NCBI GenBank assembly: GCA_002633005.1
Contig: NMRA01000214.1
Coordinates: 456,414 to 520,413 of the forward strand
From: Phoronis australis
Lineage: Eukaryota > Animalia > Phoronida
Reading direction: 5' to 3'
DNA: 64,000 nt
Shown here: positions 1 through 13,871 of the stretch, one piece after another
How positions within the stretch are numbered: the first letter of the stretch is position 1
Layout: every line of letters begins with the position of its first letter
Program-made: the position numbers and the translations under genes
Notes under the pieces: model-generated
Databases searched by the model: none
The model's input: only the letters and a program-made list of their open reading frames with translations
Told to the model about the DNA's origin: nothing

Positions 1-2244
1 AAACTGGATTATGCAAAAGCAGAAATTTATCAAGGTAAAACTATTGCTTTGTATTTCAATTCACCCATCATACTTATACTTGCCAAACGTTGCGAACATT
101 CATGGCTGGTAGCCATCTTTAATTAATTGGATCGTAATTAGATCTCGCTGAATGATTCCTCACATCAACTTGATTATCAACTATCCAGGGACTGTTAACT
201 CATTCTGTTTGCTCCTAGTGTTTTTCTAACAAGACATTCGTTCTGAAAATCTAATTTCTGGGCCGATATTTGACGTGCTCAGAGAGCGAATTGCCAGTCG
301 TGTGAACTGTAGCGTGCTCTTATTGTCTGCTTAAATCAAGTGACCAAAGTCCTCCACTGGACAACTGGTAGCACAGGGGAATCACTTAACTTGTAAAATG
401 ACGCTGGCCAAGGGCGATGCCTATGTTCCATTCACTATCGGATTAAAAGCTAAACCTTGCTTTGGAGCATCGCGGAAAATCCCTGTGGGAACTGTTCACA
501 AGTTGTGGCAACCGGGGGCCAAAAGCTACAGCGTGGGGCCTCGTACGAAATTGGTGCCCCGTCTCGTCAAAAGTTCTGTACACCCGGTAAAGTGGGAGTG
601 GCGGGGGCCTTTCGAAAATTTCGACAAAAGTGGTGAATTCTAAAATTTTAATCACTAGTCCCCAGAGTTGTTATAGCTTGGAAACAACGAAAAATCGTAA
701 TCCAACAATGGGTTCCATTTACATTTACCGGCTTCATCTTTATTACGACAAAATCGGATTTTTCCGGAATCAACACTGTAAATGATTATAGCAGGAACAG
801 CGAAACGCAAGAAGCTTGGCATGGCGCATTTGTTTCAAAAAGACCATAGTCCTTACGAAAATTTAAGCTTATGCATAAATCAAGTCTTTTATTGTACATT
901 TTCTACAATGCTTTGAGCAACGTGAAAAGAAATCTACGTTGACACTCTCACCGATCGAGATTGGCAACTCAACCGGTTCGCGTACCTTGAAATTTGCCGG
1001 CATGGATCAAAGGTACTAAGTTGTTGTAGTTAACATAATTGGACCAATTACCAAACCACAAGGCGGAGTTAGATTTTGAGGTAAGCCACGTGTCATTTTA
1101 CAATTCTTGGCACGAGCTACGACGTGGAAATTAAAGTTCCCATAAAAACGGTGAAACGCATGGGCATTATCTTTCACCTGGAAGTTGTAAACTTTACAGA
1201 GTACACAGATATACATATACATATACAATTTGACTTTTCATTGTCAGTTTCCCCAAAACGCGTTTCAAACATTAGTCCTTCAAATTTGAACCCTTTACCA
1301 GTGCTTTGTTCTCGGTCACACAGATAAAACATTAATATCCTCAGGCCTAATTTTTCAGTTTCACTGCATGTATTGAAAAAGTTAGGCCAACTGTTTAAAG
1401 CACTAATGTCATGTGATTTCCTGTCAAAGGTGTTCTTTAATTGCGGATGACCAATTCTGCATTAGTAATTTGGCCAGTGATTTACAAAGCGAAGTCTCTT
1501 GCGTGATGTTTTACAGCACCACGAACTCTATGCTTAAACCTGAGCAGGTTATTCATTTTACTTTGCACATGGCGTGCTTAAAGCGTCTGGATCAACAGAA
1601 CTAAAACCCTGATCATCCTCCATTTTAAAAGTCGTGTGAGTGGCCATATATGACAGGTTCGGACTCGTCTTTTAAAGGAATTTAGTGCACTTGGAACAAC
1701 TTGGGTAGCCTCAAAATATTTCACTAGGGAATGTTTCCTGTCAGCGGATGTGCGAACTTCAATTATAACACTAGTAAAAGGATTTAGTCGAGAAACTGTT
1801 AAAAATCACGGTGTCAGCAGATCTCGAACGTCGTGCGAGACGTCATCCTCAATCGTTAGTCTTTCTCCTAAACAACTGACTAATTGTTTAAGGCTGTCAG
1901 CTATCACAGGACTATCCCGCCTCGTTCAACGGCACAATACATTTCTAGATTCCTATGGCTTGCTGTTATGAGTGAAAATATCACATGTTCATATTCATGT
2001 GTGAAACAACTCCTAAGGGAAAGTCGAGGCTATGAAAATACCCCAGGCATTCCAAATTACATTTAATGTTTCGAAAATACCCGAGATGCTCTTGTGTCTA
2101 AATAAGCTGCAATTGCTGATGTGTAGATTATTCCCGTCTCCAACTGTCGGATTTCTTTTGCATGGACCTCGATTTAACATGCAACGACTCTTTAATTTCA
2201 TCAGGCACAATGGACCAGATCAATGCTTACGTATCCTTTTGCAG

Positions 2245-5200
2245 CCGTGCAGAATGAAAGACAACCAAGGAACAGTGCTCAGATACGTCACGACCAGTTA
2301 GCAGCTGAGCTTGAACATCCGTTCGCTTCGGGTGTTTCCGCCATATCTGCCGTCCACTTGCCAATGTTCGGAAATCCTGCCACCCAGCATTTTATGGCAG
2401 GTTTAATGACGGCGGAGACTCGTGCCAAAATAGAAGCAGAAGAAGTGGGAGGTAGGTTTGTATACGGCTACTGTGTGAGCGTTTCAGTTTTGCAGCAGCA
2501 GTAAATTCTACCCGTGTTTACTAACCCAAAAAGGAAAAACGAACACATTTGGCCAAATAAATATAAAAAGCGCCTAAAGCAGTAGATAACTAGATTCAAC
2601 TAACTTCTGAGAAACACTATCTTGGCAAGTTTATTTTATGCGCTACAGAACTAGATGCAAATCGTTGACTGCATTTTTAGGAAATTATAGTAAAACAAAG
2701 ATATTCGAGACTGTTTGGTAGTGCCGCCTCTTGTACAGAATACACGACCTGAAGATCAGATTTTTGCTTTGTAAAACTCCATCTACTTTCAATCAGAGAG
2801 TCGGAGTGTCACATACGTTTCTCTAACCCTTTTAATATGGTTTTGAGCGGCAATCGAAACTTTACAGCCTTTGAAACATCAAAAAATGACTGTATGCTTT
2901 TCGAAAATGTGCATTTAAGTAAACTAAAAAAATCTAATTCATGACGACTAACCGATTAAAATACGCTGTGTGTAATAAAGACGTCACTATAGCTTCAACA
3001 ACCTCTGTAACATGGGGTACCTAAGTTTCAACGAGGTCACTGTGTTACAGAATCCCACCCCATCCTGATGATCGGATTAATCACATAAAGTGTACGCCGA
3101 AAACTAAATTACGATATTTTTCAACACTATTTTCGGAACAACACTTTCGTTTTTACGCAACTCCTATGCAGTGTTTCACAAATCCTTCGCAACAAGAACT
3201 CATCATAAGACACTAAACTCCGCCTTGATGATTTCGTCCAGAACTGTATTCTCTCCTGCTGTTCCAACAGTAGTATTTTCTCCCCCAACGAATAAACACT
3301 TTATTCGCCAAAGTCACGCCCTTGTTGCATCACAAATGGAATCCTGTGGTTAGAGACATGTACTTCTTCCCTCACCCATCGATTAACTCTATCAACACGC
3401 TACGAAGGCCGATTTAGCAGCATATTTAATATTTTTAGTACCATGCGCGCACCCAAGGGGGGCCTATTTAGCAATGTGGGCAGAGAAACAAAACGTCCGA
3501 GAAAACGAGACAAAAGTCCACTAAACAGGCGTAGACGCACAGTGAAGGTGGTACCCCGTATTTTTTAGTCCTCCCGCTTTTTTGTCAGCAAAATGTCCAC
3601 ATCGCCAGAAATTCAAGCCCACCCATATCAAAGGCTGGGTGCGCGCATGAGTGCTGACAGCCGTTGTAGAGCTTTATTTTGGAAGATTCAATTGAACAAG
3701 CAGGCGTAGTAGTATCCTTTGAATATGTATTTTGCTTAGAATGTGATGAAGCCGTCGACGTCACGCAAATGGAGGACAGCAAAGGAGCGACGTCTCCGCC
3801 GCCGCCTGTTGTCTATCCCGAGAGTACCGTCTATCCTGGCGCCGGTATGGAGTCAGTGTACGAGTGTTCTGCCCGACTTCTCTTCATGGCCGTCAAGTGG
3901 TCAAAAAATCTTCCTTCATTTGCCAATTTGCCCTTCAGGGACCAGGTAAAACAAAACGATTGAATGCCGAAGATGAATGTAATGTAATCATTGTACGTCG
4001 CTGTAGCTCGTAACGACGTCCTATGACTGCCTGCAATGAACCCAGAGACAATGAGTCGAGATCTTGAATACCATAGGCTGTAAATTTCTCTATGCATTGA
4101 TCACCATAAGTACACTAAAATTATAAATAGATATATTTTCTCCCGGGGACCAGTGTTCACTGTTTGAAGAGGCCACTCAGGACAAATGTAGTTTAATTGA
4201 TAAATAAATCACTGCCAGATTAAGAAATTGGTTGCACGGTCGAGTAGTAATGGCAATAATTTTATTTCTGGGTTGATGCATCAAATATTGGTGGGTAGCT
4301 TAAACGATGTTTGCTTCAAATTTCATGTCGTAAGCCAGGAGAGTTGGTGAAACTCGAAGATTAACTTGTAGCTCATGTGGCAAAGTTGTCGTGGATAAAG
4401 TAAACAAGTACTTCTGTGATTCAGTAGGTGCATACTTCCGTTTTTATTTTCAGGTTATCTTGCTAGAGGAAGCTTGGGCCGAGTTGTTCCTCCTGTGCGC
4501 TATTCAATGGTCTATGCCCATGGAACAATCTCCTCTCCTCGTAGCTTCTGAGCACGCCCAGAATGGAGCTAATGAGAAAACGTCGCACGCACTTCACGAC
4601 ATCCGGGGATTACAAGAAGTTATGGCGCGCTTCAAAGCGATTCAAGTGGACCCCGCTGAGTTTGCCTGCTTGAAGGCAATCGTTCTTTTCAAACCAGGTT
4701 AGGAAACAGATTAAAAGATTGAAACCACTTACAGAATTCTGAAGCTGTACAAAGTCGATTTAGATCGGCTGTTCCTGACAGCAAAGTTAAACACAAAAGT
4801 ATTGGTGGACCCCTACTGTGACATGGAATCGTCAGCCCAGCCAAAGTGGTAATAAACCCGCGCCCCGTCCAAGAAGCGAACTTTTCATTTAGAACATTTA
4901 CAGCTATAATATCTTCAGCATCACGCCTAAGCAACAAGCATTGAGTTGTGAATCGATTATGGCGGGTTCATTACAGTCTGGCTTAGGCTCGCTTAGACGT
5001 TGGGGTGACGGAACCCCAAATGTTGGTGTAGGATTTGTCTCACGTTGGTCTCAACTTTTTCCTTACTCAGGTTAGAAGAGATTTTTGTATTTGCAAAAGG
5101 TTGACAGTTGGTTACTGTTTGTAGATCGAGCTCTAGAAGTTGGTAGCGAGCATATTCTCGAGGAATATTGAACTGTCTGTTCTTTCGGAGCCCCCAAATA

Positions 5201-6697
5201 ACCTTCAGTTTGACTAAAGAACGAATTGAGACAAATTTCGTAACGACACTGAGTTGTTTGTGTTGAAAGGCTGCATTATGCGACTGCTTTCCCTAAATTT
5301 ATTTCAGACACTCGCGGTCTCAAGGGTAGTAAATCTGTCGAAAACCTGCAAGACCAAGCTCAAGTGATGTTAGGACAACACACACGATCACAGCACGCAG
5401 GGCAACCTACTAGGTAAGCCAAGAATGTTAGATTTGTTTATTCCACGTCTGCAACATCTGGAGCCGTATTTGTTGATCGGTTTACTCGAAATCGAACTCA
5501 AAAGTATTTTTTAAACATTTTCCGTTCCACTTTGGTATGAACTCAAGATAAGTGTCTATTATTCTGTGCTCGAGTATGTGGATGACTGTAATCCTATTTT
5601 ACACCTGTACACTTCATTGATGACCCTAGCATTAAAGCTGTAAGTTCGCGTCTGAACTCGAAATCTCGAGTTTGGAGTTTGTAGCTCGAAACTATGGGTC
5701 ATCAAGTGCAAATTTGGACTACATAGTGGTTTGCGTACTCCATAATATCCTCAAGCATACAATAATAAATAGTTATTTTAAAATAATAGTGAAGTAGAAC
5801 GGAAAGTGACAAATATATTTTCGATTTCAATTTCGAGTAAAAGATTAGATCCCGGGTGGTCAGCGTTCTTGAATGGGGGATTTTCCTGCGTTTTTTTTAC
5901 AAAAAAGTACTACCATCGTGGCGTAAAATGATCGCTTTTGTGCGGTATGATACTCAAATGACTGACACAAAAACATTCAACGCCTCATATCGTCAAATCT
6001 GCCCGTTTTGTGCACCGGAATTTGAAATTGGCTTAAGCGGCAGTCGCTTTCGTGCTCTCACAACATTAAAGAGTCACGTGGAATGCTTTGACTTGATTAA
6101 AAGTAGAGACTTTCAGTTGTCCGTTTTGATGTCGAGAAAACGTGCGGACAGGCTATGTCGTACACAGACATTACAGGTATCTTACTGGCCAATACTTCTC
6201 TAAAGAGGCTATCCCCAACTTCTCTTACGAAACCTACAATATCTTTTTACGTCAAAACGGATAAGTGAAAGTCTCTAATTTCACTTCTTTTAGAGACAAT
6301 TTCCTCCAATTGCATACGGAAGTTTTAAAAACGTAATGATACGAAGAAATCATCGGAAAGTCTATGTTGACGTTTTGCTAAGGGTTGGTTACCTAGTTTC
6401 TATAACAAGAATGACACTTGATCACCGCAGCAATCATATCTCCATTACGCACATGTACGCTTACTATGATTTCAGTGCACCTTCTCCTGAGCTTCCGTTA
6501 GTGAACACGTCAGAAATATCTTTTCATGTTATATCCTGAAGATACACCTCCTTACGTTTTGCAGGTTTGGTCGACTTCTCTTGATGTTACCCACGCTACG
6601 ATTTGTGTCATCGGATAGGATAGCGCACCTGTTCTTCAGTAGGACTATTGGCAACACACCCATGGAAAAACTGCTGTGCGATATGTACAAGAGCTGA
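2245..6697 (+). CDS. NR2E3: Photoreceptor-specific nuclear receptor (NR2E3/PNR), hinge and ligand-binding domain; 5'-partial
   Basis: GT-AG exons 2245-2451, 3740-3945, 4454-4697, 5308-5413 and 6565-6697 join in phase. They read [15 protein letters not shown]...[10 protein letters not shown]...[51 protein letters not shown]...[19 protein letters not shown]...[12 protein letters not shown]...[10 protein letters not shown]...[28 protein letters not shown] and [13 protein letters not shown] fit NR2E3 rather than TLX/NR2E1. No DNA-binding-domain exons were found in the window. Confidence 0.95.
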
Positions 6698-7928
6698 TGA
6701 CACAACAATGGCAGATGTGCTAGAGCACGTGACATTTAGTATGCTGCATGATGCGCTATTTCGAAATATCAAGGCTGCGTGGAAGACCGGTGCAAAAGCT
6801 TTGAAGAGTAATGAAAACACGCTCATTTTCAAGTGCATCCGAGAGTTTACACCAAACGTTACCACTGCATCATTAAATGGGAGTGAGTACGGAACTGCGC
6901 ACGAATGGAGATGTTTGTCACGTGAACACTACCAAGTGAGACTCGTTGAAGGTTCACATCGCGTTTTCTATAGGTGTATATTCTCGACAGTGACACAAAC
7001 ACCTACACTCATTTTCACGGACATAACATCATGACCGCATTGAGAAGTTCATCTCAACAAAATGTGACCATACTGAATATTTTAGTGAAAGCTGACTCCT
7101 GACCGTAAGACTCCTTTGCACATCAACAAGGCCTAGCGTACTGTCCCCTGCAATGCACCCCTTTAAGCGACACGAAGCAATTTCTTTCCAAGTCGAAACT
7201 CATGTAACACTGACTTGCATCAGCAAGTGAACAGACTCTCTTACACAAATACCGCATTAACACGACTTTTGATACTAGCATACAAGAGCAATGGTCAAAA
7301 ACCTTAGGACTAAGTAGTTAACTACTTTGTGGCCTTAGGCCTATATCTGTATCTTTGTCATTATGAAGATGTGGACACAATTAACGATTGTAGTACAAAT
7401 TATTACAATTGTGTATTAATTTGAAATATACACGACTAGTAACCTCTGAATGTTTTATTTAAAATCACATTACGAGACACATTTGTATCAAACGTTTTCC
7501 TGTGGTTTACCCCACTGTGTACAGTTATCAGAAAACTATGGTCGCCAATACATTGAATTTTTTTGTTATCGTATGTATAACTTCCGGCATCAAAGATGTC
7601 CACCAAAATACTGAGTTGAAGTCGAGTAAACAAAACTTATGTCTCGATATTAGATGATACCGTTTTGCGTTCTGAAGTCCCTATACATAAAACAACTATT
7701 TGGTAGTCATCTTAGAAAAGGAGGAAGTCGTCACTATAGCCGAACACAAGGAATCTCAGTAGATTCGACACATAAAACATGCAGTGTTTAAACTAGAAAC
7801 CTAGGTTTAAATCAAAACACCAAATCTCTTTGTACTGAAGCTGCCCAATTCCAAGAACATTCTAGAAAATTGGTGAAGTTGGCACTACACCCTCAGAGGA
7901 TAAGTAGGCCAAGTAAACCTATGGTACA

Positions 7929-8821
7929 CATAGGCCCCCCCCCCCNNNNNNNNNNNNNNNNNNNNNNNNNNNNNNNNNNNNNNNNNNNNNNNNNNNNNNN
8001 NNNNNNNNNNNNNNNNNNNNNNNNNNNNNNNNNNNNNNNNNNNNNNNNNNNNNNNNNNNNNNNNNNNNNNNNNNNNNNNNNNNNNNNNNNNNNNNNNNNN
8101 NNNNNNNNNNNNNNNNNNNNNNNNNNNNNNNNNNNNNNNNNNNNNNNNNNNNNNNNNNNNNNNNNNNNNNNNNNNNNNNNNNNNNNNNNNNNNNNNNNNN
8201 NNNNNNNNNNNNNNNNNNNNNNNNNNNNNNNNNNNNNNNNNNNNNNNNNNNNNNNNNNNNNNNNNNNNNNNNNNNNNNNNNNNNNNNNNNNNNNNNNNNN
8301 NNNNNNNNNNNNNNNNNNNNNNNNNNNNNNNNNNNNNNNNNNNNNNNNNNNNNNNNNNNNNNNNNNNNNNNNNNNNNNNNNNNNNNNNNNNNNNNNNNNN
8401 NNNNNNNNNNNNNNNNNNNNNNNNNNNNNNNNNNNNNNNNNNNNNNNNNNNNNNNNNNNNNNNNNNNNNNNNNNNNNNNNNNNNNNNNNNNNNNNNNNNN
8501 NNNNNNNNNNNNNNNNNNNNNNNNNNNNNNNNNNNNNNNNNNNNNNNNNNNNNNNNNNNNNNNNNNNNNNNNNNNNNNNNNNNNNNNNNNNNNNNNNNNN
8601 NNNNNNNNNNNNNNNNNNNNNNNNNNNNNNNNNNNNNNNNNNNNNNNNNNNNNNNNNNNNNAAAAACAGAAAAATTTCCTGGGCAGGAGGGGGGCAAACC
8701 CCCCTCCCGACCTCCCCCCATTCGGTGCTATGCGCATCTACAATCGTGGTTCAGTTTGCGCAAATGCTTCCAGCCGGGCAAAATGTTGGCCCCCCCTTGT
8801 GATATCCTAGATCCGCCACTG
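7929..8821. mobile_element. Putative non-autonomous DNA element spanning an assembly gap, 5-bp TSD
   Basis: Right end ...GATCCGCCACTG is followed by GTACA (8822-8826); left end CATAGGCCCC is preceded by GTACA (7924-7928). The right terminus matches the elements at 38596 and 46331. The interior is mostly N. Confidence 0.5.
7946..8661. other. Assembly gap (N run)
   Basis: Run of N; the ORFs called across it are artefacts. Confidence 0.99.
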
Positions 8822-10547
8822 GTACAATACGCTTAAATCACGATGACCTACCCTTGATTCGGTAGTTAAAATTCAAAGTATTTCTAGCGGCCATCTTGGA
8901 AAATGGCGACCGGTGAATAGCTATTCAAAATTGTTTTCAATTAATATACTGTCATAGAAAACGTGAAAGGTCTTTTGATTTTTTCCTTCACCTTCCATTC
9001 TCGAGTAGTAACGGGCAACTGACAGCCTGGCTTCCACCAGTCCGTCGCCAGTGGATATTTTTCTCGCAATAAGGGAGTTGGGACACCATTGCTGCAAAAA
9101 TGTATTTTTAAGCTGGGCTGTCAGGACGTAAAGCCCAGTAAGGAAATTCAAGAGGTAGACAGGGCTGGCTGGAAAACTGATTAACACACATAAAGCGTGA
9201 ACGAGGTCATTGAAGTGTTCACGCCATATAGATCATTAAATCCTCATGCGACCAAGTCGGGTCATTTACAACCACTTGGTTGTATGAGCAATTTCAGTAT
9301 GTTCATGTTAATTTGGGACCTTACACATTTTCCGGTATTCAGATTTCAGAGTATTTAAATGTTATTTTTGAGAAATCCTGTATCACAAAAAGACACGTGC
9401 TATCTGTCTTTTGCCGTTTGGTGTTTCATAGTACACGATATTTTAAATGCGAATTAAACAAAACTAATAGCCCTCCCAGTTTTCAAAGGTTAACCAACAA
9501 GAAATCTGACATGGCCGCCAAAAACATCATTGGCATAATTAACCAATGTTCGTGTGCGACTTCCTGTAACCCACTGCGAATGTGATGTTTTGTTAGATCC
9601 CTAAGGACCATGTCAAGCAACTTGCACAGATTGCAGATGGTTCAATCTCACAATCTAGCGCAACAGCTGTATCCGTAAGAAGTATTAGTTTTCTTGAACG
9701 CCATATGTTGGTCACACCACGTGATCTGAAAAAATCTATGTCCCAACCGGTGCTCGAACCTGGCACTTCCTGCTAACGAAGCATATGGCGTTTGTCAGCA
9801 GTGGTATGACACCGGTTTTGGTTCTGTAAAGCTTATTTTGTTGCACAATAGAATGCCAGAGAACGTTCCTTGAGGTTAGGCTAGTTATGACGTAATTTGT
9901 ATACAACAGAAAACTAAAAGACATTTTCGAAAAAAGTTCCATTATATAAGTGATAAGGAAATAGAACCATAGCCAGGAACATTCTAGAGCGTTGTTTATG
10001 CTTTCACGGGAAACTGTTAAGTCCTAACAAATGTTTGGTGAAAAGTTCCAGAACATTGTAAGAGACTGCTACGGCACGGGTTAGTGCGTTCCAGTTTAGC
10101 TGAGTTGAAAAGTTGCGATGGAATAGAGTTGCGTTGAAGTTTCGGAAACACCAGTTACAACGTTATTCAAAAACGAGCCAGCAAAAGAGACAGCAGGTTA
10201 TTGAACCAACGAGCGCAATAGCTGCTGGGTGTGTCTGAGGAGTTCATCACAACCCAGGGCTTCGCAGCACTGGCTGGAGCACAGAACAGGCATTACGTAG
10301 GACGCTTTGTTTGAGCAGACTTGTGAACGTACGGTCGAGATTAATAAAGTGATTGCTCGAACCAGTCTTTAGTCTATCGTCGCACCGAAAGCTATTTTTA
10401 GCACCGGTCAGTGACAACCTGCGTTCACCCACCCACGGGGTAAAACGTTACAGCGTGTACGAAGGCTAACAATTCTTACTTATACAACACCAATGCGCTG
10501 ATTTATAACGACACAATTATATTCTTTACAAACCTTAAGAACTCCAT

Positions 10548-13500
10548 TTAATCCGCACCAGAACTGGAATCTTTGAACTTCGCTAAACGTTCGTCCCAGT
10601 CGGGCCAAAATCTTTCCTTCATTCGATAACAAAAATTCTCAAGATTTTTACAATTTTCTGAAACGAAAACATTCCAGCTGTCAATGTGTCAAAAACTTGT
10701 TTTTTGAAACTAAATGGGAACAAAATTTTAAACATAAACACAAAAATCACAATTCCACAACATTAAAAATCTAGCTCTGTTGTCATTCAAGTCAAATCCT
10801 CTGCATAATAACCACAATTTCAAAATATGAATTTAACACAGCGGTAGATGTATGTTTGATGTACGATCGTGCCTTGAAAAATGACTGAAACAGTGGATCA
10901 GTAAATCTTCCGTTTTGAATGTTAAACACGCGGATAAACACATTGAAAATATCAAAATTATAATTCGCTCTACACTAATTTATATGGAATTGATATTTTT
11001 CAAGCGCTAACTACCTTTCAGATAAATGTTAGCCGGGTTCTTTTCATGGGCACCCCACTGGACCATGGATCCTAGCATTCCAAAGACGACGCAGTCTACT
11101 TGTGTTGGATCATTCCCCATGAAGAACGGTTTCTCACCTGCAGTGTTCGTAAATATATATTTGTTAGAGCAGAAACCTAGTGCATGGGCACTTTGTAGAA
11201 GAGTTCAGTAGCTGTCTCGAGGCTAGAAAAATCTAACCAAAATCACGTGTTCTCATTTAAAATACACGGCATCATCTCAGTCACGTAATCTCGCGAAGTC
11301 TTCCTTTGTAACGAGGTCCTAGCGTAAGTCCGTTGAGCGATCAGTGGCATTGCCGTACATGAAAGGAAAGAAGCAGCTTTCTAGGTTCATCCAACTCGCA
11401 GCTTTCCGCTGTGTTGCTATTGAGATATCCCACAATGCAGAAAGACTCGTTCTAAGTGCATACTGAGCACGGCAAACTGATTTTTGAATCCGAAACTATT
11501 CAGATTGATAAGAAAGAGTTCATTTTTTAACAAGTAAACATGAGCGTGCAAGTACAGAAATTTTAGAAACGGTTTTCGCTTTAAAACATACCATAAGTTA
11601 GTTTACGGTAGTCCTACCTAAAGCATCTGACAGCGCTCTCAAATCACCTTCCAAAATGACTTTCACTTCTCCTTCCGCGTGCCTTCCTATGCCTTGCCCC
11701 CAGGTTTCTTTGCAAACCCTTCGACTTAAATTTGATAACAGTAACCGTTGAAAGACTGACGGCTTGTCCGTTAAAAAATATCGCTTGATCGTGTCGTCTG
11801 GATATGCTGAGGTGTACCGAAACCGGAACAATGCCAGAGTCCTAAAACATGAAAAGCAAAATAACGACTAAATTTTATCACGAAGCACCTCGGTCATTAT
11901 CAGATGTTGTCGTCGGTGAATATCAATAGTTTTACATTTATGTATCTAACCAATCTGCTATAACGCAATTAACGTTTTACTCACAACAGAAACATTGAGT
12001 AAGTTTTTTAGGACATCGTGTCAAATTCCTCTAGGCATTTTCCATTTAAAAATGTAAATACATTCAGGATATCTAGAGTCTGCAGAGAGTATAATTTTGG
12101 GCGTTACGTTTGACCTTAATCCGCAGACGTGTCCCTTGTTATTGGTGACTTGTGTTCAAAAACTGTTTCGGCCATCACATGAAACTCAGATTTTACGCGA
12201 AAATCAGTTTTAAAACAGAGTACTACCTATGTTTTATTCATCAGATGTGGTACTCTGGCGAGGAGGGGCCCTTGAATCTTAGACTGCCTAAAGTTTACAC
12301 TGTAAGGCACAATAATTATATTTTAGTTTCGCAGCTTAAGACCTAAAAATGTCGTTATCACGTGTCCTGTCGTGGTAATTGAAATTCAAGTCCCGTAATT
12401 GTACGGGTGCAAACCAAGATGTCACCATCAAAAACAATCAGGTCGGTCTCTACTCATAGGCGGCGCAGATTTCCTTATTTTTTGCTTACCAATAGAGACT
12501 GTCCTCTGTCATTTTACAGATGGCTCTTGCTATGGCTTTTTGCTCGGTTGTTAAATTTTTGTCCGGATCACAATCAAATCTGTGCTTCAGGTAGTCGATA
12601 CAGAAATCGGAATCTTCGACAGTTTCACCTTGGTGAATAATCCATGGAATTTTCTCCTTTGATGAAAATCCATAAAACTTTCCGCCCTAAAATAAAGTAT
12701 TTAAGATCTTATTATAGACAAGATGCGATTCACATTGCTCCTCGACTTTTTACAATACGTGGGCAGCAGTGTTCTCACCTCGTTACCGAGCGATCAACAT
12801 TTCGTTCTATGTTGTTTGCATGTCGCTAAATGGAGACGTTGGCGACTATTGCACGCTTCATTCTCCGAACACTGCGTAGCCAGGGTTTTCAACAGAAGAC
12901 CAGGAATAAGCGATGGGTCCACTACGCGAACAACTAATGGTGTTGAGTTGTTGGGATGAAAAGAGGGAATGACGCCCCTGTCTACGCCAGTGATAATATA
13001 TTAGGCCAGCCTGTGATGGTCACTGTGTGTTGTTTTTACACGATTTTCTGAATGTTTCAATGTCTGAATTTTGTAATGTTTAGCTTCCCTGGTGTCCAAG
13101 GAATAAGGGAGAAAATAATACACAGATCTCCACTAAACGCTCAGAATGAAGACGATTGTATTCCAAAGAAATCGACACGCGACAGGCCTTGATATTTTTA
13201 AAATCTTCTTGGATTCATTGGCATGACGTGATTTTTTGACCCCGTGACCTCGTCTCTTGAGAATCATGAACAGTAAACAAACCGATTTTTGATTTCGCTC
13301 CGCCGGTAATCGAGAACAAAATACAACTTTATCTCGGAAAGAGATAGTAAATGAAGAACTTTTCGCTTCAATATGAAGTGATGCCGTCAATGCCTGTTTT
13401 AAAACTCAAGTCATGCTCAAATCGGCTGCTTTAGGCGGCCGCTCTTAGAATAAAAATCAGGACAACAGAAAAATCAAGTTAATAATTAATTGAGCGAACT

Positions 13501-13871
13501 CCAACAGACAACTGCCGTAGGTAAATCTGCGGAATAAAAGAAAGGCAATATAGCGAAATGGGCTGCTGTTAGACTTGCCAGTGTGCCTGAGTTTAAGAGA
13601 TAAACAACTTGAGAAAGGTAACAACGCCATTTTACAGACAAACCAAGAAAACCCAATCAACTATTTTGAAGAAACACAACCCCTCTGTCGTTGAAGATGT
13701 CGATAAGTAACGACATACCTGGTATTCGATTTCCGCCATTCTCAAAAACGTCTGCAACTTGAGATCGAAAGGGCTCACACTGGGCGTATCATAGCACGGT
13801 CCCGCTCCACACACGAGAACTTTACTGCCGATATCGCCTGGTATCGGATTCTTACCTATCAGCAAACCCAT
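10548..13871 (-). CDS. FAXC: Failed axon connections homolog (FAXC / metaxin-like GST-fold protein), complete, 5 exons
   Basis: Exons 13871-13719, 12686-12490, 11841-11618, 11137-11015 and 10657-10548 join in phase. They read ...PSVSPFDLKLQTFLRMAEIEYQ/GGKFYGFSSKEKIPWIIHQGETVEDSDFCIDYL...AIARAICKMTEDSLYW...GQGIGRH...DLRALSDALGEKPFFMGNDPTQVDCVVFGML...NLENFCYRMKERFWPDWDE...*. There is an in-frame stop upstream of the ATG. Family is clear; which paralog is uncertain. Confidence 0.9.

Noticed and set aside
1-2244. Search for NR2E3 zinc-finger DNA-binding-domain exons
   Set aside because: No C4 zinc-finger coding sequence found; these exons are presumably upstream of the window.
7870-8802. Long ORFs of 272-310 aa
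   Set aside because: Composed almost entirely of N-gap sequence.
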